The translations under genes and the position numbers were made by a program. From an uncultured Alphaproteobacteria bacterium (GTDB taxonomy: Bacteria; Pseudomonadota; Alphaproteobacteria; RF32; CAG-239): a stretch of DNA of 64,000 bases. The notes beneath the pieces were generated by a model. That model was not told the DNA's origin. It did not search any database and saw nothing but the letters and a program-made list of their open reading frames with translations. Positions 47,513 through 57,031 of this stretch are shown in pieces (positions within the stretch are counted from its first letter, which is position 1; each line of letters opens with the position of its first letter). The DNA lies in the NCBI GenBank assembly GCA_944393695.1, contig CALYAY010000005.1, positions 33,717-97,716 on the forward strand, in the 5' to 3' direction.

Positions 47513-47755
47513 TTATTTGGAAACAGAAGTATCGGTTTTGATTCCGAAAGCAGCAAATTTGCTGTTAAATTTGGAAACCTGGCCGCCGGTATCAACCATG
47601 CGGTGTACACCCGTCCATGCCGGATGAGACTTCGGATCAATTTCCAAATTCATTTTGTCACCGGCTTTGCCCCAGGTGCTTTTTGTCTTACATTCCGTTC
47701 CGTCCGTCATTACATAAGTAATTTCATGATAATCGGGATGAATACCTTTTTTCAT
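47513..47755 (-). CDS. rpmE: 50S ribosomal protein L31
   Basis: [19 protein letters not shown]...; ggaga RBS before the ATG at 47755. Confidence 0.85.
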   Translation of the reverse strand: MKKGIHPDYHEITYVMTDGTECKTKSTWGKAGDKMNLEIDPKSHPAWTGVHRMVDTGGQVSKFNSKFAAFGIKTDTSVSK

Positions 47756-47868
47756 TGTTATTTCTCCAAAACTTTTTTTCTGTTGAATCGTCAATTTAGT
47801 GTCCTTATACATTAGAGTCTAAAATAACGCAAGCATAATTTTACATTTTTTTAATTTTTTTCGAAAAA

Positions 47869-48855
47869 TCAGAATAATTCTTTAATTTCTACCGTATCTG
47901 CCCGTTCATCGTTTTCCGGAACATTGACAATTTTGATGCTGTAGTTTTTGTATCCCTGATTCAGAAGATAAGTCCGGACATTAACCGCGCGGTTAAGACT
48001 GGTGCGTTTGCGGCGGAAGGCATTGGCCCCGCCATCAACATTATAGGCCGTAACGGCAATTTTATTGTCATGAGGATTTTGAAAACCGGCAATAACGGCA
48101 TCAATCTGCTTTTTATCGGCGTCCGTCAATTCGCTTTCATCTCCGTCAAAGTGAACCGAGGCACTGACGTCCGGAGAGGTTTCGGCCGGAGCAGGCTGAT
48201 TATCAGCAGAAGAAACGGCATTTTCCGGCATAGCGGCGACATCGGAAGAAGAAGGAACTTCCGGAGCATAGACCTGATTTTTGGCCGGCGTAATCAGTTC
48301 CGATTTCAGTCCCAGACCGGTTTCGACTTCATCAGTCTGCTGCGCGGAGGCTTTAACCGGAGCTTCCGGCTTTAACGGCTGCGAAGCTGCCGGCTGAGGC
48401 AAGATTTCGGAAGCAACGGCCGGCTGTTCGGTTGCCGGAGCCGGGGATGTTTCAGGCTTTTGGTCTGCCTGAGGAACATAAACTTCCGCCGTATTTTCAG
48501 TTTTTTTCTCAACCGGGGAAACAGTCTTGCTTTCAGCGGCAGGAGCCGGAGATTTTACGGCATCTGTTTTAACAACAGTTTTTTCCGGTGTTTTCAAGGC
48601 GGCTTCAGGTTGTTCTTTTTTGACTTCATCTTTGACTGTCCGGGGACGGGAGGCCGGTTTGGTCTTAACCGCCGGGGCTTTTTTGTGAACGACGGGGAAA
48701 AGCGGCTGAGGAGCGCTCATGGCCGGAGAAGCAGACTGCTGCAGCCCGTTCAGCACGGACAAATCAACATAAACATCATCTTCAGCCCGGGCCGGAACCA
48801 CGGCCATCAACAGACCGAAACTCAATATCGAAATATATTCCAAATGACGGCGCAT
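47869..48855 (-). CDS. OmpA-like domain protein with Pro/Ala-rich linker
   Basis: Signal peptide, low-complexity PA-rich middle, C-terminal OmpA-like block (FDGDESELTDADKKQIDAV...NRAVNVRTYLLNQG). Confidence 0.65.
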   Translation of the reverse strand: MRRHLEYISILSFGLLMAVVPARAEDDVYVDLSVLNGLQQSASPAMSAPQPLFPVVHKKAPAVKTKPASRPRTVKDEVKKEQPEAALKTPEKTVVKTDAVKSPAPAAESKTVSPVEKKTENTAEVYVPQADQKPETSPAPATEQPAVASEILPQPAASQPLKPEAPVKASAQQTDEVETGLGLKSELITPAKNQVYAPEVPSSSDVAAMPENAVSSADNQPAPAETSPDVSASVHFDGDESELTDADKKQIDAVIAGFQNPHDNKIAVTAYNVDGGANAFRRKRTSLNRAVNVRTYLLNQGYKNYSIKIVNVPENDERADTVEIKELF

Positions 48856-48882
48856 TTTCTTTTCCTTGTCGTTCAGTTAAAC

Positions 48883-49689
48883 CTACTTATTAAGTAAGTC
48901 ATAAAGCCTGTTGTTTAAATTAGCATTAACAGCCCAGATATTTCCGCCGTTCAGCACTGCAGACAAATCTTCCGTGCGGATGTCTTTCTGGCCGAGTTCA
49001 TAGATATAGCCGCCGGCTTCCTTAACCAGCAGCATACCGGCAGCAATCCGGGAAGGCAACAAAGACATGCCGACAAAAATATCCGCCTTGCCGGAAGCCA
49101 GCGCGGCTAATTCGAGAGCAGAATCGCCCCAGAGGCGGGTTGCCGAAACATTGCTTTCAATGCAGCTGCGCAGGCGGATGTTATCGGCATTTTCTTCTTT
49201 TGCATCTTCCGAATCGATGAAAGCAACGGCTTCGGCCAGTTCCTTGCGGGCAGAAACACGCAGGCGTTCATGGCTGCGGAAACCTTCTTTGTAAGCTCCC
49301 ATGCCTTTTTCGGCAAAGTAAAGCTCATCAAGCACCGGATTATAGATGACCGAGCTGACGACCGTGCCGTTTTCGCAAATGGCAACGGATACCGAAAAAT
49401 AAGGAATGCCGCGGACAAAGTTGGTCAGACCGTTTAAGGGAGAAACGATAAAGCTCCAGCCTTCCGGCAGGGGTTTGTTATCTTCGGCAAAAGCATAGCC
49501 CGGACGGAAACGGGACAATTCGGTTTTCAGCGTCCGTTCAACCTTGTTGTAAGCGTTGATTACGAAATTGCGGTAATCGCGAACCGAAGACTGAAGTTTT
49601 TCAATTTCGCTGAAATCACGCCCGAGCGAGGCGGCCGATTTTTTTACCGCTGCAATCAGGTTGGTCAGAGAGGGGGAAATGTATGACAT
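48883..49689 (-). CDS. suhB: Inositol monophosphatase family protein
   Basis: IMPase motifs (WSFIVSPLNGLTNFVRGIPYFSVSVA; WGDSALELAALASGKAD). Confidence 0.85.
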   Translation of the reverse strand: MSYISPSLTNLIAAVKKSAASLGRDFSEIEKLQSSVRDYRNFVINAYNKVERTLKTELSRFRPGYAFAEDNKPLPEGWSFIVSPLNGLTNFVRGIPYFSVSVAICENGTVVSSVIYNPVLDELYFAEKGMGAYKEGFRSHERLRVSARKELAEAVAFIDSEDAKEENADNIRLRSCIESNVSATRLWGDSALELAALASGKADIFVGMSLLPSRIAAGMLLVKEAGGYIYELGQKDIRTEDLSAVLNGGNIWAVNANLNNRLYDLLNK

Positions 49690-50264
49690 TACTTGGCTCT
49701 TTCTACATAATTGGCTTCGGCCGTTCCGACAACGATTTTATCTCCGGCACTGATAAACGGCGGAACCATAACACGGACACCGTTGTCCAGAATGGCCGGT
49801 TTATATGACGAGGCGGCAGTCTGCCCTTTGACGACAGGTTCGGTTTCGGCAACGGTACAGGTTACCTGCAGCGGCAGTTCGACCGAAATGGGTTTGCCGT
49901 CAATAAAGCTGATGACAACGGTCATGCCGTCGGTCATAAACGGACGAGAATCGCCCAAGATGTCGCCGGGCAGGGTAAACTGGTCAAAAGTTTCGCTGTC
50001 CATAAAGGTGAGGCCGGTTCCGTCTTCAAACAAAAACTGGCAGTCTTTTTCTTCTACCATCAGCTTTTCGACCGTGTCTTCGGTTCTGAAACGTTCGTTG
50101 GTTTTGGTGCCTTCTTCAACGGCTTTCATCTCAACCTGCATAAACGCGCCGCCCTTGCCGGGTTTGATGTGCATGGCCTTAACCACCGTCCAGGGTTTTC
50201 CTTTGTATTCAATTACCCAACCAATTCTGATTGAACCTGCTAACTGTTTCATGTGTGTCTCCAT
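49689..50264 (-). CDS. efp: Elongation factor P
   Basis: GKGGAFMQVEMK loop and three OB-like domains. efp-suhB synteny. Confidence 0.9.
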   Translation of the reverse strand: METHMKQLAGSIRIGWVIEYKGKPWTVVKAMHIKPGKGGAFMQVEMKAVEEGTKTNERFRTEDTVEKLMVEEKDCQFLFEDGTGLTFMDSETFDQFTLPGDILGDSRPFMTDGMTVVISFIDGKPISVELPLQVTCTVAETEPVVKGQTAASSYKPAILDNGVRVMVPPFISAGDKIVVGTAEANYVERAK

Positions 50265-50297
50265 ATTTACAATGTTAAAAGTGATTTTTTTAGCAAA

Positions 50298-50840
50298 TTA
50301 ATCTAAACTTTTATTTTTCGCAACTAAAATCGTATAATCCGTATCATTTATTATAAAAATATCGGCAGGATAAGACAAAACCTCCGCCGAAAAAGTCTGC
50401 GGCATAACCGCCGACTGGATTAAAAACAGGCTGCCGTACCAGGCGATAAGCTCACGGTTTGCCGCCGTATCATCCGACCAGACCCGGAATATCAGGAAAT
50501 CAGGCTCGGCCTCGCTGAGAAGCATGGCTTCATGCCGGCGGTTACGGCTGATGAGACCGAGAACCAGGTCTTTGGTTTCGCGCCGCAGCGCTGCCGCTGC
50601 CCGGCCGGGATCTTCTTCCGCGCTTAAATCGGCCACAATGCCGTCCAGATGATGTTTCCGACAACAGGCCAAAGCCCCCTCGCCTTCGGCCAAAACAATT
50701 TTTCCGGCTGCCGCCGCGCGGCGGGCAAACCCGGCAATAAAAGAATCGGGTAAATCTGCCGGCAGCAAAAAGCATTCAAGCTCTTCTTTTTCAAGAAGAG
50801 AAAAATCGGCGGCGGTTTGTCTGATAATAAATTTCGGCAT
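50298..50840 (-). CDS. Hypothetical protein, weakly ThiE/TenI-like
   Basis: 180-aa ORF between efp and zapA. Assignment uncertain. Confidence 0.35.
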   Translation of the reverse strand: MPKFIIRQTAADFSLLEKEELECFLLPADLPDSFIAGFARRAAAAGKIVLAEGEGALACCRKHHLDGIVADLSAEEDPGRAAAALRRETKDLVLGLISRNRRHEAMLLSEAEPDFLIFRVWSDDTAANRELIAWYGSLFLIQSAVMPQTFSAEVLSYPADIFIINDTDYTILVAKNKSLD

Positions 50841-50941
50841 ATCTTTGTTTGCTGCTTGAAAAATTCGGTTATTATATTATGATTGTTTCAGTCGGGTTTA
50901 ATAATAGGCCTAAAATCTTTGAAAAGAAAGAAAAATTTGTC

Positions 50942-51211
50942 ATGGAAACAAAAAAAATTACGCCGGAAGACATTGCCGATGCCGCAGCCAGGCTGAATAA
51001 TGCCCTGACGGGGCTGGAAGAAGCCATTGAGATAAAAAACCGGGAAATCAAGGACCGGGAACAAACGAATCTGCAAGCTGCCGTCGAAAAAGACAAACAA
51101 AACCAAACTCTGAAGGCCGCTTCGGAAAAAGCCCTGCGTAATATGGAATCGATTATTAACAAACTTAACAGCGTGTTGGAAACAGATGGCTCAGGTAACA
51201 ATAACAATTAA
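50942..51211 (+). CDS. Small coiled-coil protein upstream of zapA (possible ZauP/ZapB-like partner)
   Basis: 89 aa, heptad-rich. Overlaps the zapA start by 26 nt. Confidence 0.45.
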   Translation: METKKITPEDIADAAARLNNALTGLEEAIEIKNREIKDREQTNLQAAVEKDKQNQTLKAASEKALRNMESIINKLNSVLETDGSGNNNN

Positions 51212-51530
51212 TGCCCGGGAATATGCCGTGGCCTGCGAAGACGGACAGGAATTGCGCATCATGCAGCTGGCCCGTATTCTTGACGACAAAGCAAAAATGC
51301 TGACCCAGGGCGGGCAGCAGGTTAACGAAAATATGCTGCTGGCCATGGTGGGGTTGCTGGTGGCCGACGAACTCAGCGAGTTGAAAAAAAATAATCCCGA
51401 GGCGGCAAAAGCTTCGGCAGCAGCAGCCGAAGAAGAAAAAAATGCCAAACTTTACGAGCAGACGCTCAAACTGCTGCAAAATGCCGAAGAGCAAATAAAA
51501 ACTATTGCAAATAAAATCGAATCATTGTAG
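51186..51530 (+). CDS. zapA: Cell division protein ZapA
   Basis: MAQVTITINAREYAVACEDGQE...LARILDDKAKML matches the ZapA N-terminus. C-terminal coiled coil. Confidence 0.8.
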   Translation: MAQVTITINAREYAVACEDGQELRIMQLARILDDKAKMLTQGGQQVNENMLLAMVGLLVADELSELKKNNPEAAKASAAAAEEEKNAKLYEQTLKLLQNAEEQIKTIANKIESL

Positions 51531-51537
51531 AGTATAG

Positions 51538-51758
51538 GGCATAGAGAAGAGCTGTCCGGTGCGTAGTTCCCGCAAGTCTTCCGAGCCAACATTATCTTTA
51601 AGGGAACTGTCACTGAGCAAATCGTGGTTTGTTTATATGGTGCCCACCTATTTGACAGCGGTTCGTGTGGAATGCACTAGATACGGCTGTGACGGCCCTT
51701 CTCGCCAGTTTTTAATTTTAACATGACGAAAATCCCCGGTTCGGGATTTTCGTGTTTT
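51538..51758 (+). ncRNA. ssrS: Candidate 6S RNA (SsrS) with intrinsic terminator
   Basis: Immediately downstream of zapA (conserved zapA-ssrS synteny). 5' gagaagagc pairs with 3' gcccttctc (closing stem). Terminator hairpin aaaatccc-cggttc-gggatttt plus T-run at 51729..51758. Confidence 0.5.
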
Positions 51759-51776
51759 AAATACGGGATTGTTCTT

Positions 51777-52559
51777 TTGAGATTTATTTATTGCGGAGAT
51801 GTTGTCGGACGGCCGGGACGGGAAGCCGTCCTGAACAATATTGATTTCATCCGGAAAAAATATGTCCCGGACGCGGTTATCGTCAATGTGGAAAATGCAG
51901 CACACGGTTTCGGCGTTACTCCGGGAATCTGTCGTGATTTTCTGGATAAGGGAATCGACGGGCTGGTGACCGGAAATCATGTGTGGCAGCAGCGGGATAT
52001 TTTAAGCTTTTTAAACGAAAACAAGCGGATTATCCGCCCGCTGAATTATCCGGAAGATTTGCCCGGCAGAGGCTGTATGGAAATTAATCTGCCGGACGGG
52101 CGGAAAATCGTGGTGGTACAGGTGCTCGGCCGGCTATATATGGAAGCGGTCGACTGTCCGGTGCAGGCGATTAACAAGGTTTTGAAAAATTATGTTCTGG
52201 GGAAAAACGCAGCGGCCATCCTGGTGGATATTCATGCCGAGGCAACTTCGGAAAAACTGGCTTTCGGCTATTATCTGGACGGCAAGGTTTCGGCCGTGGC
52301 CGGAACGCATACCCATGTGCCGACGGCTGATGCGCGCATTCTGCCGCAGGGAACCGCTTATATTACCGATGTCGGCATGTGCGGTAATTATGATTCCGTA
52401 CTGGGGTTTGACATTCAGGAGCCGATAAACCGGCTGGCCAGGCGTTATACCGGAATGCGGCTAAGTCCGGCAACCGGCAAGGGAACTTTATGGGGAATCG
52501 TTGTCGATACCGATGACAACAGCGGACTGGCCACGGCCATTGAACAAATAAGCATTTAA
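51777..52559 (+). CDS. YmdB-like metallophosphoesterase (TIGR00282 family)
   Basis: CGDVVGRPGR, GNH and GTHTHV metal-binding motifs. Start must lie after the 6S terminator (TTG 51777 proposed). Confidence 0.7.
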   Translation: MRFIYCGDVVGRPGREAVLNNIDFIRKKYVPDAVIVNVENAAHGFGVTPGICRDFLDKGIDGLVTGNHVWQQRDILSFLNENKRIIRPLNYPEDLPGRGCMEINLPDGRKIVVVQVLGRLYMEAVDCPVQAINKVLKNYVLGKNAAAILVDIHAEATSEKLAFGYYLDGKVSAVAGTHTHVPTADARILPQGTAYITDVGMCGNYDSVLGFDIQEPINRLARRYTGMRLSPATGKGTLWGIVVDTDDNSGLATAIEQISI

Positions 52560-52562
52560 GAT

Positions 52563-53831
52563 TTACAAAAGCGGGCGGGAACCGGTCGGAGCCGGGGCCG
52601 GAGCGGCAGGTGCAGATTGCGGAACGTTTTGCACGGCGGGCTGCGGGGTCTGAGGCATCAGGTCATCAATATAATGATAAATATCATAGCCAAAGGTTTT
52701 GCGAATATACGTTGTCAGTTCCTTGGGTTGATCTTTAAATTTTTCGGCCTCGGCCTGAGCCTGTAAAATGTTTTCGATTTTCAGAACCTTTTCCAGCTCG
52801 TCACGTTTGGCCGCCGCTTCGGCAACGCCGCGGTTAGAGGCTATATTATACATGATATAAGCCTGATAAACGTTTTGGGGATAAACCGTGCCTTCGGCAA
52901 AAATATCGGCCAGCCGGACCATGGCATTGATATTGCCCTGCATAAAAGCATTGCCCAGATATTTGACCGCATTGCCATAGTTTTTGGTAATGCCGTTGCC
53001 GTCCAGATACATCAAGCCCATAAAATACTGGGCATCGTCATATCCGGCCTTGGCGGCATCACGCATAAGCTCAAAAGCTTTCTGATAATTTTGCGGCACC
53101 ATGAATCCCCGGTAGTAAGCATAACCCAACATGTATTGCGCGGTGTAATTTCCTTCGTTTGAGGCCTTGGCCAGGTAGTTCATGGCCCGGGCGCCGTCCT
53201 GTGCGACACCGCTGCCGCTGAGATAAAGAAAGGCCAGATTGACCGAAGCCTCGACATTGCCCATATCGGAAGCTTTTTTGAATAATTCAGCAGCTTTATA
53301 AGGATTTTTCTTGGTGCCGATACCGCTGTAATAAAGACTGCCGAGATTATTGACGGCAACATTATCATTCTGGGCCGCGGCCATGGAATAATAATTCAGG
53401 GCCTGTTTATAATCCTGAGTTACATTGTTTTCTTTATCGCCGTACAAATACATATATCCCAGCGAAACCTGAGCGTCGACATTGCCTTCTTCGGCCTTGC
53501 GGGTCAGAGTCTGTAAAAAGGTCTCATGATTTGCTTCGGCTTCTTTGGCTACATCAGGGTGTTTTTTCTTAAAAAACGAAAAATCAAAAATAGAAAACAA
53601 ACCGCCGGAATCGCCGTCTTTGCCTTCCGGCTGGGAAATGGCGGCCTGTGCCGCGGCCGAAGAGGCTGCCGTCGGAGCATTATGTTCCAAGTCACGGATG
53701 GGGGCCAGATTTTCGACTTTAGGCTCCGCCTCCACGCCCAAATCAATAACCGGCTGCGCTTTGGCGGCAAAAGCACAAAACAAACCGGCAGTCGTCAGCA
53801 TCAAAAATTTGCGCATAAAAAACTTCCTCAT
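52563..53831 (-). CDS. Sel1-repeat (TPR-like) secreted protein
   Basis: Signal peptide. At least 7 Sel1 repeats (...A..YY..AA.QG...A...LG..Y..G.GV..D). Confidence 0.75.
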   Translation of the reverse strand: MRKFFMRKFLMLTTAGLFCAFAAKAQPVIDLGVEAEPKVENLAPIRDLEHNAPTAASSAAAQAAISQPEGKDGDSGGLFSIFDFSFFKKKHPDVAKEAEANHETFLQTLTRKAEEGNVDAQVSLGYMYLYGDKENNVTQDYKQALNYYSMAAAQNDNVAVNNLGSLYYSGIGTKKNPYKAAELFKKASDMGNVEASVNLAFLYLSGSGVAQDGARAMNYLAKASNEGNYTAQYMLGYAYYRGFMVPQNYQKAFELMRDAAKAGYDDAQYFMGLMYLDGNGITKNYGNAVKYLGNAFMQGNINAMVRLADIFAEGTVYPQNVYQAYIMYNIASNRGVAEAAAKRDELEKVLKIENILQAQAEAEKFKDQPKELTTYIRKTFGYDIYHYIDDLMPQTPQPAVQNVPQSAPAAPAPAPTGSRPLL

Positions 53832-53970
53832 CCGTTTACAAATGAATTTTATTTATTTTAACAACTTATCCGCAATTGGCAAGTAAATAAAATCTGACAA
53901 ATTGCTTTTGTATTGTCCGTTATTAAACAGCCAGGAATTCCGGGATCATATAAAAATTATCGTTATAACT

Positions 53971-54849
53971 TCAGGCTTCAGCGTTCAAAAATCCGGCCGA
54001 ATTTTTCTTCAACCAATCAAGAAGCGGCCGGAGTTTCCGGGTATTGCCCGGCAGGTAAGAGAGCCAGTAAACCGCCGTTATTCCGGAATCGGTCAGCGGA
54101 ACGATAATGCGATTGTCGCCGTCATGGCGGTACTGACGAACCAGACGGGTGGTAAAAGTGGCTATCGGCTTTTGCTCCAGCAGCTGGCGAAAGACAAAAT
54201 AATCATCGTAAATTTTTACCGCATGCCTGTCTGCCAGCCAGTCAAGCAAAGGTTTAAGCTGGCGGACATAAGCGCCGGAACCGCAATAGACCGCCAGCTC
54301 GACGTCTTTTTCAGCATGCAGGCAAATTTCTTTTTTCTGCGCCCAGGGATGATTTTCCGGAACGGAAAGCATTAATGTTTCCCGTGCAAAAGGAATCGTT
54401 TTTAAAGCGGGATTTTCTGATTTTTGCAAGGAAATCACGGCATCATATTTACGGGACAACAATAAATCGGCAAGACTGTTCTCATCAGCAAAAATTTCCG
54501 AAGTTACATTTATATCAGGATTATCCCGCTGGAAAAGAGGAACCGAAAAGCGCATTGGTCCGGGATCGCAAAAACCGAGCGAAAGCAAAAGATTTTCGGC
54601 ATTGAAAGCGTTTTTCATTTCAGCCGCGGCGGACAAAACCGTTTCCGCGAGTTTAAGAGCCCGGCGGCCGGCCTCATTCAACAACACTTTATTTTTGCGG
54701 CGTTCAAACAACTGTACGCCGAGCTCTTCTTCAAGCTTTTTGACGGCCACACTCAGCGCCGGTTGGGAAACATGCAGTTCTTCCGCCGCCTGTGACAAAT
54801 TATTGCACAGGGCAACGGTTTTAAAATAATGCAATTGCACCAGCTCCAT
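53971..54849 (-). CDS. LysR-family transcriptional regulator
   Basis: N-terminal HTH (MELVQLHYFKTVA...LHVSQPALS). C-terminal substrate-binding domain. Confidence 0.8.
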   Translation of the reverse strand: MELVQLHYFKTVALCNNLSQAAEELHVSQPALSVAVKKLEEELGVQLFERRKNKVLLNEAGRRALKLAETVLSAAAEMKNAFNAENLLLSLGFCDPGPMRFSVPLFQRDNPDINVTSEIFADENSLADLLLSRKYDAVISLQKSENPALKTIPFARETLMLSVPENHPWAQKKEICLHAEKDVELAVYCGSGAYVRQLKPLLDWLADRHAVKIYDDYFVFRQLLEQKPIATFTTRLVRQYRHDGDNRIIVPLTDSGITAVYWLSYLPGNTRKLRPLLDWLKKNSAGFLNAEA

Positions 54850-54966
54850 TTTTCTCTCACTATAAATTTTAGTTATAGTCATATAAAAAAACGATATTAG
54901 ACTTTTGGCTCCGTGTCAAATATTATAAAAATACAGGGAGAGAAAATAATTAAAGGAGCAATATTT

Positions 54967-55830
54967 ATGAAACTGTCAACATTTATCCTGGCGTTCGGCT
55001 TATTTTTTCCGCTGACGCTCCAGGCTCAGGAAAAGGAGGAACCGGTTATGACCCGTATTCAGCTTGCCGATGAAAAATATGAAGACTTATTTGCGGCCCG
55101 GCGCACGCCCGGCCAGACGGATCCGGAATTTATGAATATTTTGCAAAATTTTATTTTCGGCGAAGTTTTTTATGTCGGGAATCTGGATGATAAAACCCGG
55201 GAACTTATTACGGTCGTGTCACTGACCACCATACAGACATTGCCGCAGCTTAAGGCTCATATCAACGCCGCGCTCAATGTCGGCAATACGCCGGCGGAAA
55301 TCCGCGAAGCCATTTACCAATGCGCGCCGTTTATCGGCTTTCCCCGGACGCTGAACGCCATCGGCACGTTCAATGAAGTTATGAATGAAAGAGGCATCAA
55401 ACTGCCGCTTGAAGAAGCCGGAACAATTACGGAAGAAAACCGGCATGACAAAGGTGCGGAAATTCAAAACCTGTTATACGGCGACGAAGTCAAACGGGCG
55501 ATGAAAACCCTGCCCGGCGAATATAAAAATGCGGTTCCCGATATTCTGACTAATTTCTGTTTTGGGGATTTTTATACCAGAAAGGGACTGACGCTCAAGC
55601 AAAAAGAACTTCTGTCGTTCGTAACGCTAACCGCCTTGGGGGCAGAAAAACAATTAAAAGCGCATATCGTCGGCAATATAAAAGCCGGTAATAATAAAGA
55701 AACCCTGCTGGCGGCAATGGTGCAGACAATTCCGTATATCGGCTTGCCCAACGCCCTGACCGCCATCAACCTGATTAAAGAAACAGAGGTTGACAATTAC
55801 AAACCGATTTATGAGGAGCAGTCCTTATGA
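54967..55830 (+). CDS. Secreted carboxymuconolactone decarboxylase (CMD/AhpD-like) family protein, tandem CMD domains
   Basis: Signal peptide MKLSTFILAFGLFFPLTLQA. Two CMD-like halves. aaggag RBS. Confidence 0.65.
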   Translation: MKLSTFILAFGLFFPLTLQAQEKEEPVMTRIQLADEKYEDLFAARRTPGQTDPEFMNILQNFIFGEVFYVGNLDDKTRELITVVSLTTIQTLPQLKAHINAALNVGNTPAEIREAIYQCAPFIGFPRTLNAIGTFNEVMNERGIKLPLEEAGTITEENRHDKGAEIQNLLYGDEVKRAMKTLPGEYKNAVPDILTNFCFGDFYTRKGLTLKQKELLSFVTLTALGAEKQLKAHIVGNIKAGNNKETLLAAMVQTIPYIGLPNALTAINLIKETEVDNYKPIYEEQSL

Positions 55831-56276
55831 AAAAAAGTTTAATCATTCCGGCCCTGGTGTTGTGGGCCGGCCTGGCCAACAGTCAGAATATACAGAAAGA
55901 GAGCGACATGAAAATCAAAATGAAATTTGAGGACAAGGAAGTTATTGTCCGGATGTATGACAATCCGGCAGTCAGACAAATTGTCGGGCTGCTGCCGGCC
56001 GAGTTTGAATTTATTGATTTTGCCGGCGAAGAAAAAATTACCAATTTTGCCAAGCCGTTGTCCTTAAAAGATGCGCCCCGGGGAATGGTGGCCTCAGCGG
56101 GGACGATGTTTATTTATGCCCCGTGGGGAAATATGGGCTTTTTCTATAAAGATCACGGAACAAAAACAGACAACAGTTTGATTCCGCTTGGAAAAATTGA
56201 GAGCGGGTTGGAATATCTGACGGAACAAAAAGGCGGATTTACGGCGGAAATGTCGGTTATAACAGGGAAAGAATAA
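55827..56276 (+). CDS. Secreted cyclophilin-like fold protein
   Basis: Signal peptide MKKSLIIPALVLWAGLANS. 4-nt overlap with the upstream gene. Confidence 0.5.
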   Translation: MKKSLIIPALVLWAGLANSQNIQKESDMKIKMKFEDKEVIVRMYDNPAVRQIVGLLPAEFEFIDFAGEEKITNFAKPLSLKDAPRGMVASAGTMFIYAPWGNMGFFYKDHGTKTDNSLIPLGKIESGLEYLTEQKGGFTAEMSVITGKE

Positions 56277-56278
56277 TT

Positions 56279-56905
56279 ATGAAGCGACGGGATTTTATTA
56301 AAACGACTCTGGCAGCGGCCGCATTGTCCGCCCTGCCCGGATTTGCAACAGCAACAACAAAGGAGAGCAAAATGAAAATACTGGTTTTGACGGGAAGTCC
56401 GCGCAAAGGCGGCAACTCCAACACTTTGGCGGATAATTTCATCAGAGGGGCGGAAGAAGCCGGACATCAGGTTTTTCGTTTTGACGCGGCGTTTAAAGAG
56501 GTTCATCCCTGTATCGGCTGCAATAAATGCGGGATGAACGGCCCGTGTATTTTTAAAGACGATTTTGAATTTGTACGGCAGCATATTGTTGACGCGGATA
56601 TGGTGGTTTTTGCCACGCCGATGTATTATTTTGGCATTTCGGCGCAGTTAAAAGCCGTTATTGACCGTTTTTATGCCATAAACGGACAAATCCACCGTCC
56701 GAAAAAATCGGCACTGATTATGACTTATGCCGACAATTCTCTGGAAAAAGAAAATGTTATCATTAACCATTATAAGGTTTTGCTGAATTATCTCGGCTGG
56801 CAGGATGCCGGGCAGATTATTGCCGCCGGGGTCTGGCCGGTTGGAGCGGTTAATAATACCGATTATCCCCGCAGGGCTTGTGAATTGGGAAAATCTTTGG
56901 GATAA
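56279..56905 (+). CDS. Tat-secreted flavodoxin-like NAD(P)H-dependent FMN reductase
   Basis: Twin-arginine signal MKRRDFIKTTLAAAALSALPGFA. LVLTGSPRKGGNS flavodoxin-like motif. Confidence 0.7.
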   Translation: MKRRDFIKTTLAAAALSALPGFATATTKESKMKILVLTGSPRKGGNSNTLADNFIRGAEEAGHQVFRFDAAFKEVHPCIGCNKCGMNGPCIFKDDFEFVRQHIVDADMVVFATPMYYFGISAQLKAVIDRFYAINGQIHRPKKSALIMTYADNSLEKENVIINHYKVLLNYLGWQDAGQIIAAGVWPVGAVNNTDYPRRACELGKSLG

Positions 56906-57031
56906 GTGAACTTTATATTAAAATATTTTGAGCCTGCGTTTTGCGGGCTTTTTTGTGGATAATAGTCTTAATATTATTTTTTTGTCCCATATTGTTGCTA
57001 TCCTTGGTCATTATTAACAAGGGAGAGCGGC

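Noticed and set aside
51723-51776. ATG at 51723 as start of the YmdB-like gene
   Set aside because: That ATG sits inside the intrinsic terminator hairpin of the putative 6S RNA. The conserved YmdB N-terminus (..CGDVVGRPGR) begins after a TTG at 51777.
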